Positions 1-13,800 of a stretch of DNA of 64,000 bases are shown here, in pieces. Origin of the DNA: Lingula anatina (lineage: Eukaryota > Animalia > Brachiopoda); contig CM120642.1 of assembly GCA_051362555.1 (NCBI GenBank), positions 13,392,001 through 13,456,000 of the forward strand. Direction: 5' to 3'. Position 1 is the stretch's first letter; the number at the start of each line of letters is the position of its first letter. Made by a program: the position numbers and the translations under genes. The notes beneath the pieces were generated by a model. It made no database searches, had not been told where the DNA came from, and saw nothing but the letters and a program-made list of their open reading frames with translations.

Positions 1-382
1 ACTTTCTTCGTTCCAAATGTGCCCTTTAAACAGGCACAGGTGAATTATTGCAAGCCCCGATTTTAGGATGCATCGGAAGGCTCACACAATAGCCCAGCAC
101 CCGTGCCCCTTTCATGGGCACAATTGGGTGAAAAAAAGCATAGATGCGTGGCAATCCAGAGCACCTATTGCGTGCGATTCTCGTCTTAACAAAGACAAAA
201 TATCGAGAATCCATACCACTCGGGGTAGTTCGGTTCAATATAAACTACTTGACAATAAAAAAAAAAACAGTCTCCTTTATCACTGTGGATTACAAGGGTT
301 AACATGCCTTTTTATTCACTTGAAATTTACATTAAAATAGCTTGGTCAGTGTACCCAAATTAAATTAAAAAGTAAAAAAAAA

Positions 383-430
<48 letters not shown>

Positions 431-1024
431 CGATGATTCACATTTTCTACCCAACCATATGCACAATTATGCACCATTTCTTCCACTTTTTTTATTGTGC
501 CTGGATACAATATTTTAAGTATCCCATTGCTTCACAAGAATGTGGATATACAAACCCAGTTCTTATCATAATGGGCCACTGGAACTAAAATGACAAAACT
601 TCACAGAAGAGAGTGCATTGGGGAAAAATGATTCTGTCCAATGCTCTCATTGAGGAGAAAAGGACTTGAAGAATAGATATTAATTGTATATGTATCCATG
701 GCACTGGGTTGTACAAGATATTGTCCACTTTAAGAATCCTGCCTCACAAATTAGAAAGTTATATTTACAGTTTCTTAAAAATACTGCATGCAGAAATAAA
801 TTAATATCAATACATTGTTTTCTTTTCACATAGGCTGAAATAGTTCACCACTTGAATTGCAAGTTAATCTAGAGAAACAAAGGTTATCCTGGAATATTGT
901 AATATAAATATAATATAATTCCATATAAACCGAAACTGCAAATTGACAGCTTGACAGACAAATTGTGTGCATATAATAATAGAATGAAAAAACAAAAAAA
1001 TTAAAACATCAGCAGCCACTCTCA

Positions 1025-1352
1025 TCACTTCTTTTTTAAATATTTCTCTGCATTTGGATATTTTTGAGATTTATAGTCAGGGTTGCTTTCAACTTTGTCC
1101 TTCAAGTCTTTTTTAACTTGTTCCTCAAATTTGTCTTGGAGTAATGTGTTTTCAGAGGCATCCTTGAGCAAAGCGGACACACTTGTGTTGGGGGTGACAC
1201 CTGCAGACCTCACAGCTCTGGTCAATGTCTCGGGGAGAACCTCTGCAGCCTTGGGCACACCATCTGGCTTGTCTTGGCACATGATCTGAAAAAGAAAATA
1301 AAAAGACTTGAAGCATCATGAAAGAAATTGCACATCTAAGAACAGAGGGATT

Positions 1353-1394
<42 letters not shown>

Positions 1395-2196
1395 GAGAGG
1401 GCGAGGGCAGATAAAGACATTACATTAGGCATGTTCTTACCTTCCGTCTCTTAGGTGGCATGCCATTCAAGTAGGCATCACTGAGTGGCTGCTGGGGTGC
1501 CTGCCGCCTCTGGCGCTGAACATCTTCTCTAATGATTGGTACCCAGTCCTGGAAAACACCATAGTAAACAGGAACATCAGCTGTGTTGCTATTTATAAAC
1601 AAGGTAAATAGAGAAACGGGTGTCTTGGAAAAGTGAGGGCATCTTGTTCACATTATTGAAATTAGACAAGAAATTGCAGTGGCAGTCATTTAACTTCTTT
1701 CTGTATCTACATGTTTATAAATATTTATATTTATAGATAACAACTTTGGTTAATGCTTGTAATTTTGCTTAAAGAAAGTTTCATTTCATATACATCCATT
1801 CTATACTATCCATTTATTATTGTTTTTTTTTTTTTTTTTTTTTTTTTTTTTCTCTCAGACTTTACAGCTACTATACAAAATGGAACTTTTTCTTTTAGTA
1901 TTTCTTCTCTTATTTAGTATTAAGGCAATTCTATCTTGGTGGCTACAAAAACGGCTATGAACTGTAAGTTTTTACTATGACTGTTCTCACAATTCAAAGC
2001 AAATAATACAGCCAAGTAATACCTCTGGTACTTGCTGCTCCCAGCCTGCAGCCCCTGTGGCTGTGACATCCTCTCCAGCCCCAACAATGTGAGAATTCAC
2101 CACTGGTGATGCTTCAGCTGGTGTGGGGATTTCACCAGCTTTAGGACTAGACACTTCCATTGCCTGGACAAATACATGGAAAATACATGATTAATA

Positions 2197-2239
<43 letters not shown>

Positions 2240-2714
2240 GCATTTATAGTCTTTAGCTAAGAATTTTTTGCAAACCCTAAACAAGGCAGCAAAGCTGTCA
2301 AATGTACAGACAAAGAACAGAAAATAAAGATGCAAATAAGTGAAAAATTAAATTTTCACAAAAAACTGTTAAATTGCCAGAAAAATTTACCAAACAGACT
2401 GCGTTGCCTATTGAAGCTGTATATTAGACCCATGTTTCTTTCCTGTAAGTTTGAGAACAGTAAGTGACATGATTTCCCTTAAATGGTCATCATAGGAGCA
2501 GTGCCCAAAATAGGGGTTTCTTCAAATTTTGATGCAACATTACATAATGTTTAAAAGCATAATGACAATCAAATGTTATTAATAAAATATTAGTAACATG
2601 GACATTCAGAAAATGTGACAAGCAAAAGTCTTCAAGATCATGGAACTTTAAAGTCACACCTTGAAAATGCCAATATGTGAAAAATTAAATTTTCACAAAA
2701 AACTGTTTAACTGC

Positions 2715-2763
<49 letters not shown>

Positions 2764-4809
2764 AGACTGCATTGCCTACTGAAGCTGTATTTTAGTCCCA
2801 TGTTTCTATCCTGTAAGTTTGAAAACAGTAAGTGACATGATTTTCCTTAAATGGTCATCATGGAAGCAGTGCCCAAAATGGGGGTTTCTTCAAATTTTGA
2901 TGCAATATTACATAATGTTTAACAGCTAAATGACCATCAATTTTTAATTATAAAATATTTGTATCACAGATATTCAGAAAATGTGACTAGCAAAGGTCTT
3001 CAGGCCCATGGAACTTCAAAGTCACGCCTTGATAATGCCAAAATGTAAACAAGACAGCACTGTTCTGAAATGGGTTTATTTCCATTTTTAACACTTTTTT
3101 AACATAAAACAAAATAAACATTTTACTGCCATTTTTATATGTCCAACTAAGAAAATTGATGAGATGGGAAAAGTATCAATAGAACAGTGTTAAATGTCCA
3201 ATTTCCTCCATTCTGAGATTCTGAACATAGTGGATGATTGAATCTGACAAACTGCAATGATATGAGTTTATTTCCATTTTTGACACTTTATTACACAATA
3301 CATGATAACAAGTTTACCATGTTTTTTACATAATCAACTAACAATGTTGTAAAGATGCAGAAAATATCAAACAAACACTTTTAGGCATCTTATTAGTTAA
3401 ATAATGAGACTGTTAACATGCCTAATAATTGAATCTGAGGAAATGTGAAAAAACAGTATAACTTCTTAAGTAATGGCCTGATTATGCTTATTTTCGAACT
3501 CAACCTGCGTTTTAGTAAGATTGACCACTCCTGTGAGTATAATTACAATTGGCCAATCCGTTTTTCTTATATTGTGTTATCAGTGTTGCATTTATATTGA
3601 AAATAGTGAAAAAACAGCATAAATTACCTAAAAGTGACCCGATCATGCTGATTTTCGAACTTGACCTGTGTATTATGAATATTCATCAGTTCTGTAAGTT
3701 TCAAGTCAAAAGGTAAAATGGTTTTCCACTTATCGTGTTATCGGTGCTGCATATATGCTGAAAAAAGTGAAAAAACAGCATAAATTCCCTAAAAGTGACC
3801 CGATCATGCTGATTTTCGAACTTGACCTGCGTATTATGAATATTCATCAGTTCTGTAAGTTTCAAGTCAAAAGGTAAAATGGTTTTCCACTTATCGTGTT
3901 ATCGGTGCTGCATACATGCTGAAAAAAGTGAAAAAACAGCATAAATTCCCTAAAAGTGACCCGATCATGCTGATTTTCGAACTTGACCTGCGTATTATGA
4001 ATATTCATCAGTTCTGTAAGTTTCAAGTCAAAAGGTAAAATGGTTTTCCACTTATCGTGTTATCGGTGCTGCATATATGCTGAAAAAAGTGAAAAAACAG
4101 CATAAATTCCCTAAACGTGACCCGATCATGCTGATTTTCGAACTTGACCTGCGTATTATGAATAGTCATCAGTTCTGCAAGTTTCAAGTCAAAAGGTAAA
4201 ATGGTTTTCCACTTATCGTGTTATCGGTAAAAGTGCACGGCGACGGCGACGACGACAGCGACGACGGCGACGACAGACGCAGATGATGGCTATATGTACA
4301 GACACATCTGTGTCTGTACATAAAAAGTGATATCAACCAAGGCACAGCTAAGCATAGACATTACCAAACACCGTTTGTTTTTTAATGTTTTATTAATATT
4401 TTTTTTAGCAAAATTCAGATTAAAAAAAAGGTCATCAAAATTACCTCTGCTGCTGGCTCTGGAGTCATTCCTCCACTTTCTCCAGTAGATGTCACCACTG
4501 GTTCCTGTGTCTCAAGAGCGTCTTGGAACTCCAGGTCCTCCTGGTGGTCAGGGCTGACATCCATACTGTCAGCGCTGTCTGGAGACTTCCTAGATGTACA
4601 AAAATATATACATTAAAACAAAAATGGAACTGCTGGTTGGCCCTTTATTATTTTTGTCACAAACAAATAAATGCAATGAAACCTTGTGTAATTCTATATA
4701 TTTTCCTACATTGTGGTAACTTATGAAATCATGAACATAACATTTGACTTCAGCACCCACCTATGTATTTAACACATAAAAGAAAGACTGATACTTTCAT
4801 TATTTTAAA

Positions 4810-4894
<85 letters not shown>

Positions 4895-7800
4895 AAATAT
4901 CCCTGATAATGTATTGCTCTTTATTACCTGACAACATAGTGCATGACATCAGTGTCAGTAATTGTGATCTGTGGCAGGAGAGAGTGAAGATGCTGAGATG
5001 ACATAGTAATCATCCACTGCAGGATCAGAGGGTTCACGTCACCAGAGACATGGCGCTGAAGAAAAAATACACATACAAACAAATATAAAATAAGCTTGAA
5101 TGGTCTCTATAAAAGACATATTAAACTGTTTTTATATGATGCCAAGTGCTTTTGTTTTTTATGACACAAAAATAAAAATACAGTGTCCCCAAAAAAGATT
5201 GTGGAAGAGGTGTCAGTAGTAATTCTTTCTAAATAACTCACTTACTTCAGTTAAATCAAAGAATATGAGAGGAGCATTTTTTTTTTCATTTTCATAAACC
5301 AATCTAACCTAATCTTAATTAATACCAACTATTCACCTGGTCTATACAATTCTGACATATATCAATGAATTTTTTCCATTCTATTTTCAATTAACCACTA
5401 AGACCACAATAACAACCTAATAGTAAGTTTAACATCAAAACAATCAAAATTACATGAAATATAATTATTAATGATAATAATAACTGTGAATTTAATTTAC
5501 ATTCTTTCTGGTTAGTTACATTCCAGTCTATACTTATTGAATTCCTGCAGCACTCCAGACCCTCTAAGATATGTGTGAAGCAAGTAACAACACAGGGAAA
5601 AATAACCCTATCACTCACCACTCTGCCATGTAGTATTCTCTCTATAGCCGGTATACCTCCACTCAGAGAGTAGCGACAGAGAACAATCAACTCCATCAGC
5701 ACCTGGCGACACCTCTCGTACAGATAACGTCCAAAGTTAGGGTCATTCTCTGCAGTTGGCATCAAAGAAAAAGTTTTCAATTATTTCGTTCCAGAAAATC
5801 AAACATGTTGTAGTTCTCATATGGATGGGCATTTTTTAGCTTATACAATTAGTAAAAAAAGATTAAACTGCAATCAAATACAAATCTTGTGTTTTACTTG
5901 AAAAAGAAAACTAAGAATGGATAACGAAAGTTATGCTCTCTAACCTGTGGAGTTCATGATAAGTCTGATGGTGGCTCTGAGCTGCTGTCTTGTAAATTCA
6001 TTAAGAGTAGCCATCAAGTCCACTTCCTGGACAGTTTCTTCATTGGCCTGAGAACAACATACAGTATCCATGTCAATTTTTTTATTTCTTCAAAAGAAGA
6101 AAGAGTCTAAAGCAGGGTCTTATACATCACTTTAAATTCAAAGATTTAAAATAAATCTGTATAATTTTATTTGAGGAAGGAAAATATATTTGTTCAAGTG
6201 AATAACCAATTGCAATTCCTTAAACTAACTTTTTATCAAAACATTGCTTTTAAATCTATTAAACATTAATCACATGCCATCATTTTGTCAGCATTCTGAA
6301 AGAAACTAGGTCTTGCATTTGGAGCTACAGATCTGCCACTGATGTAAAAATCCAAATCCCATATTCATCATTAAACAAATAAAACGGCATACTGTACTCA
6401 CACAAGTTTCTCTCATCTGTTCTTGCATATCATTTATCAGCCTTTCCACAGCGTCGTTCACCACGCTCTCTGTGGCTTCGTGTCCTTCTAAAATTCTGTC
6501 TCGTATAAACTCTTGCAGCGAATGCTGGGTACGATTTAGTGATGCTGGATTTCCCATGAAAATGGCCATCATGTCTGGGAAAGTTAGCTGCTCAGCCAGG
6601 CAGTTGAAGATGTCGTTAACTAAACCTGAATAAAACAAGCATATCAATCTGACTTGATATAATTTACAGTATAAATGGATGTGAATGTCCAAGTCCTTTA
6701 CTAGCTTTACTAGCTTTCACATCTTCAATGTTAAACCACAATTACTATGCCTAAGAAACAGATAAATCAAAGTACAAATGTACCAACATAGTCAACTTTC
6801 GGAGACAATTTTTCAGCTACAATAACAAGTTTATATGCACAGCAATCATCATGAATACAGACAAAATATGTAACCAGAGACAGAAATCACTTCATTTTGA
6901 CAAATCGTTTCTCTTCCCAAAACTTATATTTTTATTTATAACAGAACCTTACCTTCTCCTTGAGTTGCACTGTGCTCACTTCCTAAACTACGCAGAAATG
7001 TAGCCACAGTCTGGCCTTGACCCTGGCCTAGGCGCGACTGCGACACTGCCTGTGTGACGCCACCAATCAATTGTGCAAACAGTTCATCTGTCATTCCTGT
7101 GGAGGAGGGGGTGCTACTGTTACTGCTACTGTTAGCTCCACTGCTGCTGGAGGATGTTGTAGTTGTTGTGGTTCTGGTGGTACCTTCAGTGTGCTAGGAT
7201 ATTGCATAAATATTATATTACCAGTGAGCTACTGATGATTAAAATCATTTTGAAAATGTATCTACTCAAGGCACTGCTAAGTCAGCACACTCAAAAAAAT
7301 TTAAGAGAAGGTAATGAATACATGTAGCAGAAGAAGTGTATTTCAGCAAATTTCTATTTACATATACGGCATGTATAACAGCATTCAAGATGAAATATAT
7401 ATTTTCAAAATGCATACATTTAAATCTACCAATCATTATCTTTATCCTACTTACTGCACTTTGTAAAACCCCTCTCAGCATAGTCATCAATGGATTCTCC
7501 CCACCAGGTGGAGCTGGTCCTCCCTGTCCAGGAATGCCCATACCCATTAGCTGCAAAAAGGGGTTAGGCATGGAGGCTGGGGTTGGTCTTGTGCTGGCAC
7601 CAGATGGCGTGGTTGTGGTGGACGTGGTGCTGGTGGCACTACTGCTGGCAGCAGACTGAGGCTGCCCTGCAGACTGACCTGATTATGGAAGACCAGCTGA
7701 TCATTTCAAGAAATTTTCTCTTTCAATTTTCTCCTCTTTAAAATAATGTGCCATTTTTTAAAGATGATATTTTTGATATTCTCCAAAACTTGAAAAAAAA

Positions 7801-10800
7801 AAAAAAAAAACTTAATAAATGAACATCCAAAATGCAATAGTTCAAGGTGCTATCACTTATCTGTTATAAATTACCTGCTAGATGAGGGTTCTGCTGATTC
7901 AGCAAAGATGTTACTATGTTGTTCAAAATGTCCGTCAGGGAACCTTCTGGAGACTGAAAAGAAAAAAGATCAATTACCATAAAAAAGGGCACTTAATTGT
8001 TAAGAGAATGAAATATGGGGCACACTTGAAGGTGAACCTTACTCTTACAAATCCAAGGCGTTTTTACAAAATGAAAACTTGCAAAGTTTAGCAAGTAAAA
8101 AAATATCTGGGCAAGTCTTTGACAATCACAACTTCTGTATAATTTTTTTCTCTTTTTCTATGTTTGAATGCAGAACTCTCACATAATAAGAAAGAGAATC
8201 TCTCTCAATTCTTACCCCTCCAGCGGTACTGGGCATCCTCCTGGCCATAAAGTGCCGTGAGCCACAGGGTAGATAGGGGTCCACAGCTCGGTTTCCAGGG
8301 GCACTCATGCCAGGAACAAGCACACCTCGGGGGTGATTGCCAAAATGACCCTGGGGAAAGCCCCCTGGGGGAAACATACCAGGGAGAGGACCCTGACTAG
8401 AACTGTTGCTGGATGATGTAGTGGTAGTGGATGAGGAAGCTTGGGTGGTGGTTGCAGTCCCATTCATGCCTGAAATTAAAGATCAGACTTGCCAGAAACA
8501 CATCAATTTACAGGGCATGGAACTTAACTTGCTTCACCAAGTTGGGCATTAATGCACAAAGTATAGGTCTGGTGCATCCCTGGCCCGAAGAACTGCATTT
8601 GATAAGTGGGTATGTACCAAATATGTGATGCAACAACAAATGACAATATAGCCCTTGGTCTGTCTCACATTTTTTACAAAGTTTGTTGCCAGTATGCAAA
8701 CATGCCTCAAGCAATACTTTCTTCACAGTGGTACATCTGGAAAATTACATAAACCTCCATTATTCACATAATACAGAAGTTACTCAACTCACTCAAATCA
8801 CACAAAAGGCAAACAGCAGGTTTAAAGAATTTAGTAAAAATATCCATTTAGTAAAAATATCCAAACATATCACAATTATAAAATATTAGTCTTGTCACAA
8901 TATTTTTGCTGTTTTTTCTGAAAAAGAAGGAGAGCAAAAATACAACACTGTAATAAGTTCACCACGTTTCATGCTAACCTGAAATTATTTCTTTGCTAAA
9001 TGTTTAATAATTCAATGAAAATGAAGGTATATCTGAGCAAAGGTTACTTATAGATCACTAATATGTTGAGAAAAAAAAAACAGTGAATAAAAACTAACAT
9101 TCCTCGAGCATGATATTGAAACCATAGCAAAATTTGCAAAAGAAACCAAACAACAAAATGTGTAAAAAAAAAAAAAAAAACATTACAGAGAATAGCACAA
9201 ATAAACAAGCGCATAAACTATTGTTAGTTCAGTGACCCACATCTACTGAATGGCATGACAAGTGGGGGTCTTACTTGAACCAGATGGTATGTGAGCCCCA
9301 GGGTTTCCTGGTGGCCCTGGCATAGACCTGAGTAAAGTCAAGAAGTCACCAAAAGGCAGGTGACCAGCTCCACCAATGGTCCTGGTGAAAGGAGGAGCAT
9401 TTGATGTTCTAGAAGATTCTGAAATAATCATCTCTATAAACAAATTGCATACAGAGTATCAGGTCGACTTGGTCTTGAAAATCAATATTGAAACCATGAT
9501 AGGGATAATGTAAAGCAGATGTGATCGCTGGAACTGAAAATGTTTGAGTAATCATCAAAATCTCAAACCTTCACACATAAAATTATCACATGGAGACTTT
9601 GTGACGAAACGAAAAGACAAACACCAAAGAAACACCACACATTAAAATTCAACTAAATGCGAAGTTTCAATATCATCAACTCACAAGAATCAATATATAT
9701 CATATATAGTTGCTTTCAAAATACATCTGCCCCTGTAAACTCAATGCTGCCCTAAGACAAATTCGCCATTTTGCATTAAGGGGTAAAAATAAAAATGTGA
9801 AAAAAATAAGCTGTAGAAGACATATTTTAATGCATTCTTTACCCCAAACTAACTTACCTGCTGGCGCAGTTCCTACTGCTGACCTGCTGCCATTAGTAAA
9901 GGCTGTGGTGGTAGTAGCAGTTCCAGTTGGAGGAGTTCCTGTAGTAGCAATCCCAGCCCCAGTGTTTGAAGATCCTGTAGTGGCAGTTCCTGTAGAAGTA
10001 CCCCCCTCTGCTTGAGCCTCTGAGTGTGGCACAAACTGTGCTGATATATTACTGATGGTCACATTGTGAGGCCCCAGCTGTACAAATGTATAGGAGGGCA
10101 TGGCACCAGAGCCTGTGGTGCTGGCTGTAGGGTTGAAGAGAGGACCAAAGGGCCCGGGACCCACACCAGCAGTTGTGGTTGAAGATGTGCTGGTCTGCGT
10201 ACCCTGAAATAATGAGGATGAGTTAGATTTGTTTCATATGGGGCTGCATAGCCTGAAATTAGTGTTATCTGTAAAAACAGTTTTGTTGCAATGCATTAGC
10301 ATTGTGAAGAGGATTAAGTTTACCACATTTCCAATTTTATCTTAAATTTATAAGATTTCACCACATCCAACTGAAAGGAGTGCATAAATGTCTCACTAAA
10401 CCAGCTTGGAAAGACTCTATGTCTCGACAGATTGCTGACTTAATAGCGCCATCAGAGCATTCTGACCTGGTTGTTAGATGTGGTTGGATGTGGGGGCACT
10501 CCAATCATGAATGCTCCTGGTAGTCGCACCATGCCTGGGACCATCCCAGGCACCATTCCAGGTAACAGTCCTCGCAGGTTGCCAGGCAATGTCTGTGTGC
10601 CTGCAGTACCAAACATCATACTACCACCGGGGCCTAAACCTGCCCCTGCCTGGGTCCCTGCCGTCCCCACTCCACCAGGGACAGCCCCTGTCTGTGTGCC
10701 TGTGGACATTGTGGGATCTGCTGATTGTGTCTGTGTTCCCATGGTTCCCACAGCACCAAAGCTACTCCCTGCCTGCATGCCTGTGGATCCAACAAAGACC

Positions 10801-13800
10801 CCACCAGAGCCAAGTCCTGCACCAGCCTGGGTGCCTGTGGACCCCACTGGGCCTAATCCCGCACCAGCTTGGGTGCCTGTAGAACCTGTTGCACCTAATC
10901 CTGCACCAGCCTGGGTGCCTGTGGTGCCAAATATTGCCTGATTGCCAAGTCCCGTACCTGCCTGGGTTCCAGCAGTGCCAGAGGCGGCACTGCTTGCACC
11001 TACTTGGGTGCCTGTGTTGCCAAATACTGTACTACCTGAGCCGGCTTGTGTACCAGCCGCATTCACATTGACATTACGTCTCTGTAAGCCTGATGGATCG
11101 ATCTGTATTTGTGCCTGACAACAAGAAAGTTGACCAGTTATTCAAATTGTTATAACAAAGAACAGATAATCAAAGATTTAAAATATAAATACATGTATGC
11201 AAGCCTAATAGATATGTATAACATCTGCTTTAACTTACACTTCATGGCACACGACCTGCTACATATATAAATTACAAACATAGGTATGAATAGGATGTTT
11301 TATGATGAAATTCAAACAAAAATGGAGACAGACTGTGGTGTGATGTAACTTACATGAATGGGTACAGCTTGCTGCACCACTGCTGCTGGTGCCACTGGTG
11401 TGACTGGGGCCCGGAGCTGGCGTGGTGACGGCTGACTGAGGTCCACCATCAAGTCACTGATACTGTGGTAGGCGTGACCCAGATAGTGCATGACTTCTGA
11501 TACCAGGTTAAATAAACGCTGGTCCCTTCTACGATCTTCATCCTACAATACAATGGAAACCATGTACATCTTGTTGGTATATCTCATGAATGAAATGTTC
11601 AGGTCAATGAGGAGCTCTGACCCTTTGAATTACATACAGGCAATTTAATTGGTAGGCTGTAGTTGAAAAGTGCTTTTCAACTGAAAATTACACAGTAATT
11701 TTGGGTGTTAATCTTGGGGGTTTAATCTTGGATCCAAATCACCATAATTACAAAAGAAATTCAATTTTAATTATGGGTTTTGAAATATATATAGGCAATT
11801 ATTCTCATTATCACTGCAATTGCAGTAGGCACAAGCACACATGCTGCTCTCAGCATGTCTACTGAACAATAATTACTTTGCCCTCATAGTTAGCATCCTC
11901 TCTCATGACTTGCTGCAGTCTTTCCAAGTGTGTCTGAGCTCTGGCCTGTAGTCTTGATACCTCACTCAATAAATCTGCTAGAGCCAGGGGAGGAGGGTGG
12001 CTACTAATAAAGAATAGTAAAATCACTGGGACCATTGTTACTGAAGACATTGAACTTTGCAATGGCAGATTTTTTCAGGCATCAAAAGAAACATGCTCAT
12101 TTTCAGGATCAAAATACTGAAAATGACATGTTTGACTGACAAATATTTTAAACCGATGATTCAGTGGCATTGGGGACTTTTCACAAATCCCACTTCACAA
12201 CCTATGTAAAAATTTGCTTTATTCATAATATTATCAGGAATAAAAATCTCTAAAATCCAATATTGTTTATAGTTATTTCTTACATTTCAGGGACAGTTGT
12301 TGTCGGTCGATTGCTGTTTCCACCACTGGAATTGCTAGCACTGGTTGTGCTGTTAGAATTGCTTGTACTGGCTGTGCCACTGAAACCGCCTGTACTGGAT
12401 GACCCAACAGAAGCAGAACTAGAAGAACTGCCTGTAGGAGTGCTCTCAGAACGAGTTGTAGATGTAGTTGTTACTGTAGCTGTAGTTGCTGTAGCTGCCC
12501 CACTGCTACCACTGGGTGTTGTTATCTGTATATTATCATAGGCTCGCACTGCTGGTATGTTGAGATATGCATTTACATTACTCTCATCAGCACCATCTGG
12601 GGGGTTCTGGAAGACAAACTGGAGTTCTAACAGCAGGAGAATCCTTTTTGACAAATATTAATAAAAAAATGTATGCAAAAAATACTAACAATCTTTTTAC
12701 ATACTTTGAGGGCAAATCACATACGTGCTTATATCTCTCCATCATATTGGGGAGAATCCAACTACGTAAACTCTAACTTTAAATGTCATTTACTGATTTT
12801 GTTAAGACAAAGTTCGTATAACTTTCACAAAAAATGCTTTCTGCTGGCACCATATGGCTACTTATTTACTGGCAGCTCAGCCATGTGATTCCAACATAGC
12901 ATGATTACTGGGCTTTTTCCCCTACCTCCAATCTATCCAGTGTCTCTGTAGCAGCCTGTACCATTCTTCTGGCATTCTCAATCCTCTGCTGTGCCTCACT
13001 GCGTAACTGCACTGTTCCTATGTTACCCAGGTTTATGTGGACATCAACTGAGGAACCATCAGGCTGAAATAAAGTATGAGTCATGTTTTCATTAGTTCAG
13101 AGTATTCAGCTTAAATCACACCTTGTCTATTTCAGGGAAGAGAACAAAAAAATGTACTAAGAAAAAGAAAACTCTCTTTTTCTTTCTCTTACAGTTTTTG
13201 ATATACAAAGTTTACGAACTTTCTTTTTCAGTTCATGTTATACAAATTTTAGCAACTTTGAGCAATAAGTAAAAGGATCCAAAATGAAAAAAAAACTCAG
13301 ATTCCTGGATATCATGATTGGCAGAGTAACATATAACCATCAGCGCATATGAGTGTGAACTAACTGGGACTCAAATTAAACAAAATGTGACCGTGTCTGG
13401 GATAAAGCAATCTCACAGGCCCTGGCAAAAAGCATTTGGCATATTTCAAGGACAATAAGTAAGTTCTGGCTGGAATGTAACAAGAGTAATAATTGACTTT
13501 TATGACAGGAATTACACCACAGAGAACAATAAAATGCTTAAAAAAACTTAAATGAAAAAATTCAAAGAGAGAGCAAAAACTTTCAACAATGTACTCTATT
13601 CATTATTCCTTAACGGTTTGTTTTGAACATCAAGACTGCTCACTGAATCCCGTCTGAAGTATATACAGACCTCATTTTTAAAGTGCATGTGTACTGACTT
13701 TTGCATACTTAAGACACCCACTGACTTAAAAACAAGAGCACAAATAATCTAATTCTTTTTTATTTTCACCAAGTATCAAACAGTCTTGGTACTCTTAAAT

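Noticed and set aside
10471-10941. 156-aa Pro-rich plus-strand ORF as an overlapping gene
   Set aside because: It is the antisense shadow of the Gly/Thr-rich repetitive BAG6 exon; no independent support.
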